In this document: positions 43,501 through 56,600 of the stretch, piece after piece | Layout: each line of letters opens with the position of its first letter | Position numbering within the stretch: the first letter of the stretch is position 1 | Assembly (NCBI GenBank): GCA_964016885.1 | Contig: OZ024740.1 | Coordinates: 3,286,001-3,350,000 of the forward strand | Reading direction: 5' to 3' | Length of the DNA: 64,000 nt | From: Eledone cirrhosa | Lineage: Eukaryota | Notes under the pieces: generated by a model | Told to the model about the DNA's origin: nothing | The model's input: the letters and a program-made list of their open reading frames with translations, nothing else | Database searches by the model: none | Position numbers and translations under genes: made by a program

Positions 43501-46338
43501 GGCAGTCCAAGTTGTACCAAACTACATAGATCAGACAATACAGGCAGTCCAAGTTGTACCAAACTACATAGATCAGACAATACAGGCAGTCCAAGTTGTA
43601 CCAAACTACATAGATCAGACAACACAGGCAGTCCAAGTTGTACCAAACTACATAGATCAGACAATACAGGCAGTCCAAGTTATACCAAACTACATAGATC
43701 AGACAACACAGGCAGTCCAAGTTATACCAAACTACATAGATCAGACAATACAGGCAGTCCAAGTTGTACCAAACTACATAGATCAGACAATACAGGCAGT
43801 CCAAGTTGTACCAAACTTCATAGGTCAGACAATACAGGCAGTCCAAGTTGTACCAAACTACATAGGTCAGACAATACAGGCAGTCCAAGTTGTACCAAAC
43901 TACATAGATCAGACAACACAGGCAGTCCAAGTTGTACCAAACTACATAGATCAGACAACACAGGCAGTCCAAGTTGTACAAAACTACATAGATCAGACAA
44001 TACAGGCAGTCCAAGTTGTACCAAACTACATAGATCAGACAATACAGGCAGTCCAAGTTGTACCAAACTACATAGATCAGACAACACAGGCAGTCCAAGT
44101 TGTACCAAACTACATAGATCAGACAACACAGGCAGTCCAAGTTGTACCAAACTACATAGATCAGACAACACAGGCAGTCCAAGTTGTACCAAACTACATA
44201 GATCAGACAATACAGGCAGTCCAAGTTGTACCAAACTACATAGATCAGACAACACAGGCAGTCCAAGTTGTACCAAACTACATAGATCAGACAACACAGG
44301 GTGTCCAAGTTGTACCAAACTACATAGATCAGACAACACAGGCAGTCCAAGTTGTACCAAACTAGATAGATCAGACAATACAGGCAGTCCAAGTTGTACC
44401 AAACTACATAGATCAGACAATACAGGCAGTCCAAGTTGTACCAAACTACATAGATCAGACAACACAGGCAGTCCAAGTTGTACCAAACTACATAGATCAG
44501 ACAACACAGGCAGTCCAAGTTGTACCAAACTACATAGATCAGACAACACAGGCAGTCCAAGTTGTACCAAACTAGATAGATCAGACAACACAGGCAGTCC
44601 AAGTTGTACCAAACTACATAGATCAGACAACACAGGCAGTCCAAGTTGTACCAAACTACATAGGTCAGACAACACAGGCAGTCCAAGTTGTACCAAACTA
44701 TATAGATCAGACAATACAGGCAGTCCAAGTTGTACCAAACTACATAGATTAGACAACACAGGCAGTCCAAGTTGTACCAAACTACATAGGTCAGACAACA
44801 CAGGCAGTCCAAGTTGTACCAAACTACATAGGTCAGACAACACAGGCAGTCCAAGTTGTACCAAACTAGATAGATCAGACAATACAGGCAGTCCAAGTTG
44901 TACCAAACTACATAGATCAGACAATACAGGCAGTCCAAGTTGTACCAAACTACATAGATCAGACAACACAGGCAGTCCAAGTTGTACCAAACTACATAGA
45001 TCAGACAATACAGGCAGTCCAAGTTGTACCAAACTAGAAAGATCAGACAACACAGGCAGTCGAAGTTGTACCAAACTAGATAGATCAGACAATACAGGCA
45101 GTCCAAGTTGTACCAAACTACATAGATCAGACAATACAGGCAGTCCAAGTTGTACCAAACTACATAGATCAGACAACACAGGCAGTCCAAGTTGTACCAA
45201 ACTACATAGATCAGACAACACAGGCAGTCCAAGTTGTACCAAACTACATAGATCAGACAACACAGGGTGTCCAGGTTGTACCAAACTACATAGATCAGAC
45301 AACACAGGGTGTCCAAGTTGTACCAAACTACATAGATCAGACAACACAGGCAGTCCAAGTCGTACCAAACTAGATAGATCAGACAACACAGGCAGTCCAA
45401 GTTGTACCAAACTACATAGATCAGACAACACGGGCAGTCCAAGTTGTACCAAACTACATAGATCAGACAACACAGGCAGTCCAAGTCGTACCAAACTACA
45501 TAGATCAGACAACACAGGCAGTCCAGGTTATACCAAACTACATAGATCAGACAACACAGGGTGTCCAAGTTGTACCAAACTACATAGATCAGACAACACA
45601 GGCAGTCCAAGTTGTACCAAACTAGATAGATCAGACAATACAGGCAGTCCAAGTTGTACCAAACTACATAGATCAGACAATACAGGCAGTCCAAGTTGTA
45701 CCAAACTACATAGATCAGACAACACAGGCAGTCCAAGTTGTACCAAACTACATAGATCAGACAACATAGGCAGTCCAAGTCGTACCAAACTACATAGATC
45801 AGACAACACAGGCAGTCCAAGTTGTACCAAACTAGATAGATCAGACAACACAGGCAGTCCAAGTTGTACCAAACTATATAGATCAGACAATACAGGCAGT
45901 CCAAGTTGTACCAAACTACATAGATCAGACAATACAGGCAGTCCAAGTTGTACCAAACTACATAGATCAGACAACACAGGGTGTCCAAGTTGTACCAAAC
46001 TACATAGATCAGACAACACAGGCAGTCCAAGTTGTACCAAACTACATAGATCAGACAACACAGGCAGTCCAAGTTGTACCAAACTACATAGATCAGACAA
46101 TACAGGCAGTCCAAGTTGTACCACACCAGATAGATCAGACAATACAGGCAGTCCAAGTTGTACCAAACTACATAGATCAGACAATACAGGCAGTCCAAGT
46201 TGTACCAAACTACATAGATCAGACAACACAGGCAGTCCAAGTTGTACCAAACTACATAGATCAGACAATACAGGCAGTCCAAGTTGTACCAAACTAGATA
46301 TATCAGACAACACAGGCAGTCCAAGTTGTACCAAACTA
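34542..46338. repeat. Apparently identical tandem duplication, 140-unit period (5880 bp)
   Basis: Identical ORF pairs are offset by 5880 (35891/41771, 36479/42359, 37938/43818). Rare markers are shared: ACCAGAC 37384/43264, GTCGAAG 39179/45059, CCAGGTTATA 39643/45523. The copies diverge at 40459/46339. Confidence 0.93.
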
Positions 46339-46799
46339 GATAGATCAGACAATACAGGCAGTCCAAGTTGTACCAAACTACATAGATCAGACAATACAGG
46401 CAGTCCAAGTTGTACCAAACTACATAGATCAGACAACACAGGCAGTCCAAGTTGTACCAAACTACATAGATCAGACAACACAGGGTGTCCAGGTTGTACC
46501 AAACTACATAGATCAGACAACACAGGGTGTCCAAGTTGTACCAAACTACATAGATCAGACAACACAGGCAGTCCAAGTTGTACCAAACTACATAGATCAG
46601 ACAACACAGGCAGTCCAAGTTGTACCAAACTACATAGATCAGACAACACAGGGTGTCCAGGTTGTACCAAACTACATAGATCAGACAACACAGGCAGTCC
46701 AAGTTGTACCAAACTACATAGGTCAGACAATACAGGCAGTCCAAGTTGTACCAAACTACATAGATCAGACAATACAGGCAGTCCAAGTTGTACCAAACT

Positions 46800-47680
46800 A
46801 CATAGATCAGACAACACAGGCAGTCCAAGTTGTACCAAACTACATAGATCAGACAACACAGGCAGTCCAAGTTGTACCAAACTACATAGATCAGACAACA
46901 CAGGCAGTCCAAGTTGTACCAAAATACATAGATCAGACAACACAGGCAGTCCAAGTTGTACCAAACTACATAGATCAGACAACACAGGCAGTCCAAGTTG
47001 TACCAAACTACATAGATCAGACAACACAGGCAGTCCAAGTTGTACCAAACTACATAGATCAGACAACACAGGCAGTTCAAGTTGTACCAAACTACATAGA
47101 TCAGACAACACAGGCAGTCCAAGTTGTACCAAACTACATAGATCAGACAACACAGGCAGTCCAAGTTGTACCAAACTACATAGATCAGACAACACAGGCA
47201 GTCCAAGTTGTACCAAACTAGATAGATCAGACAACACAGGCAGTCCAAGTTGTACCAAACTACATAGATCAGACAACACAGGCAGTCCAAGTTGTACCAA
47301 ACTACATAGATCAGACAACACAGGCAGTCCAAGTTGTACCAAAATACATAGATCAGACAACACAGGCAGTCCCAGTTGTACCAAACTACATAGATCAGAC
47401 AACACAGGCAGTCCAAGTTGTACCAAACTACATAGATCAGACAACACAGGCAGTCCAAGTTGTACCAAACTACATAGATCAGACAACACAGGCAGTTCAA
47501 GTTGTACCAAACTACATAGATCAGACAACACAGGCAGTCCAAGTTGTACCAAACTACATAGATCAGACAACACAGGCAGTCCAAGTTGTACCAAACTACA
47601 TAGATCAGACAACACAGGCAGTCCAAGTTGTACCAAACTAGATAGATCAGACAACACAGGCAGTCCAAGTTGTACCAAAC
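46800..47680. repeat. Tandem duplication, 10-unit period (420 bp)
   Basis: Markers recur 420 bp apart: AAAATAC 46921/47341, GTTCAAG 47075/47495, G21 unit 47221/47641. Confidence 0.85.
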
Positions 47681-50600
47681 TACATAGATCAGTCAACACA
47701 GGCAGTCCAAGTTGTACCAAACTAGATAGATCAGACAATACAGGCAGTCCAAGTTGTACCAAACTACATAGATCAGACAACACAGGCAGTCCAAGTTGTA
47801 CCAAACTACATAGATCAGACAACACAGGGTGTCCAAGTTGTACCAAACTACATAGATCAGACAACACAGGCAGTCCAAGTTGTACCAAACTACATAGATC
47901 AGACAACACAGGCAGTCCAAGTTGTACCAAACTACATAGATCAGACAATACAGGCAGTCCAAGTTGTACCAAACTAGATAGATCAGACAATACAGGCAGT
48001 CCAAGTTGTACCAAAGTACATAGATCAGACAATACAGGCAGTCCAAGTTGTACCAAACTACATAGATCAGACAATACAGGCAGTCCAAGTTGTACCAAAC
48101 TACATAGATCAGACAACACAGGCAGTCCAAGTTGTACCAAACTACATAGAGCAGACAACACAGGCAGTCCAAGTTGTACCAAACTAGATAGATCAGACAA
48201 TACAGGCAGTCCAAGTTGTACCAAACTACATAGATCAGACAACACAGGCAGTCTAAGTTGTACCAAACTACATAGATCAGACAACACAGCATGTCCAGGT
48301 TGTACCAAACTACATAGATCAGACAACACAGGCAGTCCAAGTTGTACTAAACTACATAGATCAGACAACACAGGCAGTACAAGTCGTACCAAACTACATA
48401 GATCAGACAACACAGGCAGTCCAAGTTATACCAAACTACATAGATCAGACAACACAGGCATTTCAAGTTATACCAAACTACATAGATCAGACAATACAGG
48501 CAGTCCAAGTTGTACCAAACTACATAGATCAGACAATACAGGCAGTCCAAGTTGTACCAAACTAGATAGATCAGACAACACAGGCAGTCCAAGTTGTACC
48601 AAACTACATAGATCAGACAATACAGGCAGTCCAAGTTGTACCAAACTAGATAGATCAGACAACACAGGCAGTCCAAGTTGTACCAAACTACATAGATCAG
48701 ACAATACAGGCAGTCCAAGTTGTACCAAACTACATAGATCAGACAATACAGGCAGTCCAAGTTGTACCAAACTACATGGATCAGACAACACAGGCAGTCC
48801 AAGTTGTAGCAAACTATATAGATCAGACAATACAGGCAGTCCAAGTTGTACCAAACTACATAGATCAGACAACACAGGCAGTCCAAGTTGTACCAAACTA
48901 CATAGATCAGACAACACAGGCAGTCCAAGTTGTACCAAACTACATAGATCAGACAACAGAGGCAGTCCAAGTTGTACCAAACTACATAGATCAGACAACA
49001 CAGGCAGTCCAAGTTGTACCAAACTACATAGATCAGACAACACAGGCAGTCCAAGTTGTACCAAACTACATAGATCAGACAACACAGGCAGTCCAAGTTG
49101 TACCAAACTACATAGATCAGACAACACAGGCAGTCCAAGTTGTACCAAACTACATAGATCAGACAACACAGGCAGTCCAAATTGTACCAAACTACATAGA
49201 TCAGACAACACAGGCAGTCCAAGTTGTACCAAACTACATAGATCAGATAACACAGGCAGTCCAAGTTGTACCAAACTACATAGATCAGACAACACAGGCA
49301 GTCCAAGTTGTACCAAACTAGATAGATCAGACAACACAGGCAGTCGAAGTTGTACCAAACTACATAGATCAGTCAACACAGGCAGTCCAAGTTGTACCAA
49401 ACTAGATAGATCAGACAATACAGGCAGTCCAAGTTGTACCAACCTACATAGATCAGACAACACAGGCAGTCCAAGTTGTACCAAACTACATAGATCAGAC
49501 AACACAGGCAGTCCAAGTTGTACCAAACTACATAGATCAGATAATACAGGCAGTCCAAGTTGTACCAAACTACATAGGTCAGTCAATACAGGCAGTCCAA
49601 GTTGTACCAAACTACATAGATCAGACAATACAGGCAGTCCAAGTTGTACCAAACTACATAGATCAGATAATACAGGCAGTCCAAGTTGTACCAAACTACA
49701 TAGGTCAGTCAATACAGGCAGTCCAAGTTGTACCAAACTACATAGATCAGACAATACAGGCAGTCCAAGTTGTACCAAACTAGATAGATCAGACAACACA
49801 GGCAGTCCAAGTTGTACCAATCTACATAGATCAGTCAACACAGGCAGTCCAAGTTGTACCAAACTAGATAGATCAGACAATACAGGCAGTCCAAGTTGTA
49901 CCAAACTACATAGATCAGACAACACAGGCAGTCCAAGTTGTACCAAACTAGATAGATCAGACAACACAGGCAGTCCAAGTTATACCAAACTACATAGATC
50001 AGACAATACAGGCAGTCCAAGTTGTACCAAACTACATAGATCAGACAACACAGGCAGTCCAAGTTGTACCAAACTACATAGATCAGACAATACAGGCAGT
50101 CCAAGTTGTACCAAACTACATAGATCAGACAATACAGGCAGTCCAAGTTGTACCAAACTACATAGATCAGACAACACAGGCAGTCCAAGTTGTACCAAAC
50201 TATATAGATCAGACAACACAGGCAGTCCAGGTTGTACCAAACTACATAGATCAGACAATACAGGCAGTCCAAGTTGTACCAAACTACATAGGACAGACAA
50301 TACAGGCAGTCCAAGTTGTACCAAACTACATAGATCAGACAATACAGGCAGTCCAAGTTGTACCAAACTAGATAGATCAGACAACACAGGCAGTCCAAGT
50401 TGTACCAAACTACATAGATCAGACAATACAGGCAGTCCAAGTTGTACCAAACTACATAGATCAGACAACACAGGCAGTCCAAGTTGTACCAAACTACATA
50501 GATCAGACAATACAGGCAGTTCAAGTTGTACCAAACTACATAGATCAGACAATACAGGCAGTCCAAGTTGTACCAAACTACATAGATCAGACAACACAGG

Positions 50601-53600
50601 CAGTCCAAGTTGTACCAAACTATATAGATCAGACAATACAGGCAGTCCAAGTTGTACCAAACTACATAGATCAGACAACACAGGCAGTCCAAGTTGTACC
50701 AAACTACATAGATCAGACAATACAGGCAGTCCAAGTTGTACCAAACTACATAGATCAGACAATACAGGCAGTCCAAGTTGTACCAAACTACATAGATCAG
50801 ACAACACAGGGTGTCCATGTTGTACCAAACTACATAGATCAGACAACACATGCAGTCCAAGTTGTACCAAACTACATAGATCAGACAACACAGGCAGTCC
50901 AAGTTGTAGCAAACTACATAGATCAGACAACACAGGCAGTCCAAGTTGTACCAAACTACATAGATCAGACAACACAGGCAGTCCAAGTTGTACCAAACTA
51001 CATAGATCAGACAACACAGGCAGTCCAAGTTGTACCAAACTACATAGATCAGACAACACAGGCAGTCCAAGTTGTACCAAACTACATAGATCAGACAACA
51101 CAGGCAGTCCAAGTTGTACCAAACTACATAGATCAGACAACACAGGCAGTCCAAGTTGTACCAAACTACATAGATCAGACAACACAGGCAGTCCAAGTTG
51201 TACCAAACTACATAGATCAGACAACACAGGCAGTCCAAGTTGTACCAATCTACATAGATCAGACAACACAGGCAGACCAAGTTGTACCAAACTAGATAGA
51301 TCAGACAACACAGGCAGTCCAACTTGTACCAAACTACATAGATCAGTCAACACAGGCAGTCCAAGTTGTACCAAACTAGATAGATCAGACAATACAGGCA
51401 GTCCAAGTTGTACCAAACTACATAGATCAGACAACACAGGCAGTCCAAGTTGTACCAAACTACATAGATCAGACAATACAGGCAGTCCAAGTTGTACCAA
51501 ACTAGATAGATCAGACAACACAGGCAGTCCAAGTTGTACCAAACTACATAGATCAGACAATACAGGCAGTCCAAGTTGTACCAAACTAGATAGATCAGAC
51601 AACACAGGGTGTCCAAGTTGTACCAAACTACATAGATCAGACAATACAGGCAGTCCAAGTTGTACCAAACTACATAGATCAGACAATACAGGCAGTCCAA
51701 GTTGTACCAAACTACATAGATCAGACAACACAGGCAGTCCAAGTTGTACCGAACTATATAGATCAGACAATACAGGCAGTCCAAGTTGTACCAAACTACA
51801 TAGATCAGACAACACAGGCAGTCCAAGTTGTACCAAACTACATAGATCAGACAATACAGGCAGTCCAAGTTGTACCAAACTACATAGATCAGACAATACA
51901 GGCAGTCCAAGTTGTACCAAACTACATAGGTCAGACAATACAGGCAGTCCAAGTTGTACCAAACTACATAGATCAGACAATACAGGCATTCCAAGTTGTA
52001 CCAAACTACATAGATCAGACAACACAGGCAGTCCAAGTTGTACCAAACTACATAGATCAGACAATACAGGCAGTCCAAGTTGTACCAAACTACATAGATC
52101 AGACAATACAGGCAGTCCAAGTTGTACCAAACTACATAGGTCAGACAATACAGGCAGTCCAAGTTGTACCAAACTACATAGATCAGACAATACAGGCAGT
52201 CCAAGTTGTACCAAACTACATAGATCAGACAACACAGGCAGTCCAAGTTGTACCAAACTACATAGATCAGACAACACAGGCAGTCCAAGTTGTACCAAAC
52301 TACATAGATCAGACAACACAGGCAGTCCAAGTTGTACCAAACTACATAGATCAGACAACACAGGCAGTCCAAGTTGTACCAAACTACATAGATCAGACAA
52401 CACAGGCAGTCCAAGTTGTACCAAACTACATAGATCAGACAATACAGGCAGTCCAAGTTGTACCAAACTAGATAGATCAGACAATACAGGCAGTCCAAGT
52501 TGTACCACAGTACATAGATCAGACAATACAGGCAGTCCAAGTTGTACCAAACTACATTGATCAGACAATACAGGCAGTCCAAGTTGTACCAAACTACATA
52601 GATCAGACAACACAGGCAGTCCAAGTTGTACCAAACTACATAGAGCAGACAACACAGGCAGTCCAAGTTGTACCAAACTAGATAGATCAGACAATACAGG
52701 CAGTCCAAGTTGTACAAAACTACATAGATCAGACAACACAGGCAGTCTAAGTTGTACCAAACTACATAGATCAGACAACACAGCATGTCCAGGTTGTACC
52801 AAACTACATAGATCAGACAACACAGGGTGTCCAAGTTGTACCAAACTACATAGATCAGACAACACAGGCAGTCCAAGTCGTACCAAACTAGATAGATCAG
52901 ACAACACAGGCAGTCCAAGTTGTACCAAACTACATAGATCAGACAACACAGGCAGTCCAAGTTGTACCAAACTACATAGATCAGACAACACAGGCAGTCC
53001 AAGTCGTACCAAACTACATAGATCAGACAACACAGGCAGTCCAAGTTATACCAAACTACATAGATCAGACAACACAGGCATTTCAAGTTATACCAAACTA
53101 CATATATCAGACAATACAGGCAGTCCAAGTTGTACCAAACTACATAGATCAGACAATACAGGCAGTCCAAGTTGTACCAAACTAGATAGATCAGACAACA
53201 CAGGCAGTCCAAGTTGTACCAAACTACATAGATCAGTCAACACAGGCAGTCCAAGTTGTACCAAACTAGATAGATCAGACAATACAGGCAGTCCAAGTTG
53301 TACCAAACTACATAGATCAGACAACACAGGCAGTCCAAGTTGTACCAAACTACATAGATCAGACAACACAGGGTGTCCAAGTTGTACCAAACTACATAGA
53401 TCAGACAACACAGGCAGTCCAAGTTGTACCAAACTACATAGATCAGACAACACAGGCAGTCCAAGTTGTACCAAACTACATAGATCAGACAATACAGGCA
53501 GTCCAAGTTGTACCAAACTAGATAGATCAGACAATACAGGCAGTCCAAGTTGTACCAAAGTACATAGATCAGACAATACAGGCAGTCCAAGTTGTACCAA

Positions 53601-56600
53601 ACTACATAGATCAGACAATACAGGCAGTCCAAGTTGTACCAAACTACATAGAGCAGACAACACAGGCAGTCCAAGTTGTACCAAACTAGATAGATCAGAC
53701 AATACAGGCAGTCCAAGTTGTACCAAACTACATAGAGCAGACAACACAGGCAGTCCAAGTTGTACCAAACTAGATAGATCAGACAATACAGGCAGTCCAA
53801 GTTGTACCAAACTACATAGATCAGACAACACAGGCAGTCTAAGTTGTACCAAACTACATAGATCAGACAACACAGCATGTCCAGGTTGTACCAAACTACA
53901 TAGATCAGACAACACAGGCAGTACAAGTCGTACCAAACTACATAGATCAGACAACACAGGCAGTCCAAGTTATACCAAACTACATAGATCAGACAACACA
54001 GGCATTTCAAGTTATACCAAACTACATAGATCAGACAATACAGGCAGTCCAAGTTGTACCAAACTACATAGATCAGACAATACAGGCAGTCCAAGTTGTA
54101 CCAAACTAGATAGATCAGACAACACAGGCAGTCCAAGTTGTACCAAACTACATAGATCAGACAATACAGGCAGTCCAAGTTGTACCAAACTAGATAGATC
54201 AGACAACACAGGCAGTCCAAGTTGTACCAAACTACATAGATCAGACAATACAGGCAGTCCAAGTTGTACCAAACTACATAGATCAGACAATACAGGCAGT
54301 CCAAGTTGTACCAAACTACATGGATCAGACAACACAGGCAGTCCAAGTTGTAGCAAACTATATAGATCAGACAATACAGGCAGTCCAAGTTGTACCAAAC
54401 TACATAGATCAGACAACACAGGCAGTCCAAGTTGTACCAAACTACATAGATCAGACAACACAGGCAGTCCAAGTTGTACCAAACTACATAGATCAGACAA
54501 CAGAGGCAGTCCAAGTTGTACCAAACTACATAGATCAGACAACACAGGCAGTCCAAGTTGTACCAAACTACATAGATCAGACAACAGAGGCAGTCCAAGT
54601 TGTACCAAACTACATAGATCAGACAACACAGGCAGTCCAAGTTGTACCAAACTACATAGATCAGACAACACAGGCAGTCCAAGTTGTACCAAACTACATA
54701 GATCAGACAACACAGGCAGTCCAAATTGTACCAAACTACATAGATCAGACAACACAGGCAGTCCAAGTTGTACCAAACTACATAGATCAGATAACACAGG
54801 CAGTCCAAGTTGTACCAAACTACATAGATCAGACAACACAGGCAGTCCAAGTTGTACCAAACTAGATAGATCAGACAACACAGGCAGTCGAAGTTGTACC
54901 AAACTACATAGATCAGTCAACACAGGCAGTCCAAGTTGTACCAAACTAGATAGATCAGACAATACAGGCAGTCCAAGTTGTACCAACCTACATAGATCAG
55001 ACAACACAGGCAGTCCAAGTTGTACCAAACTACATAGATCAGACAACACAGGCAGTCCAAGTTGTACCAAACTACATAGATCAGATAATACAGGTAGTCC
55101 AAGTTGTACCAAACTACATAGGTCAGTCAATACAGGCAGTCCAAGTTGTACCAAACTACATAGATCAGACAATACAGGCAGTCCAAGTTGTACCAAACTA
55201 CATAGATCAGATAATACAGGCAGTCCAAGTTGTACCAAACTACATAGATCAGACAATACAGGCAGTCCAAGTTGTACCAAACTAGATAGATCAGACAACA
55301 CAGGCAGTCCAAGTTGTACCAATCTACATAGATCAGTCAACACAGGCAGTCCAAGTTGTACCAAACTAGATAGATCAGACAATACAGGCAGTCCAAGTTG
55401 TACCAAACTACATAGATCAGATAACACAGGCAGTCCAAGTTGTACCAAACTAGATAGATCAGACAACACAGGCAGTCCAAGTTATACCAAACTACATAGA
55501 TCAGACAATACAGGCAGTCCAAGTTGTACCAAACTACATAGATCAGACAACACAGGCAGTCCAAGTTGTACCAAACTACATAGATCAGACAATACAGGCA
55601 GTCCAAGTTGTACCAAACTACATAGATCAGACAATACAGGCAGTCCAAGTTGTACCAAACTACATAGATCAGACAACACAGGCAGTCCAAGTTGTACCAA
55701 ACTATATAGATCAGACAACACAGGCAGTCCAAGTTGTACCAAACTACATAGATCAGACAATACAGGCAGTCCAAGTTGTACCAAACTACATAGGACAGAC
55801 AATACAGGCAGTCCAAGTTGTACCAAACTACATAGATCAGACAATACAGGCAGTCCAAGTTGTACCAAACTAGATAGATCAGACAACACAGGCAGTCCAA
55901 GTTGTACCAAACTACATAGATCAGACAATACAGGCAGTCCAAGTTGTACCAAACTACATAGATCAGACAACACAGGCAGTCCAAGTTGTACCAAACTACA
56001 TAGATCAGACAATACAGGCAGTTCAAGTTGTACCAAACTACATAGATCAGACAATACAGGCAGTCCAAGTTGTACCAAACTACATAGATCAGACAACACA
56101 GGCAGTCCAAGTTGTACCAAACTATATAGATCAGACAATACAGGCAGTCCAAGTTGTACCAAACTACATAGATCAGACAACACAGGCAGTCCAAGTTGTA
56201 CCAAACTACATAGATCAGACAATACAGGCAGTCCAAGTTGTACCAAACTACATAGATCAGACAATACAGGCAGTCCAAGTTGTACCAAACTACATAGATC
56301 AGACAACACAGGGTGTCCAAGTTGTACCAAACTACATAGATCAGACAACACATGCAGTCCAAGTTGTACCAAACTACATAGATCAGACAACACAGGCAGT
56401 CCAAGTTGTAGCAAACTACATAGATCAGACAACACAGGCAGTCCAAGTTGTACCAAACTACATAGATCAGACAACACAGGCAGTCCAAGTTGTACCAAAC
56501 TACATAGATCAGACAACACAGGCAGTCCAAGTTGTACCAAACTACATAGATCAGACAACACAGGCAGTCCAAGTTGTACCAAACTACATAGATCAGACAA

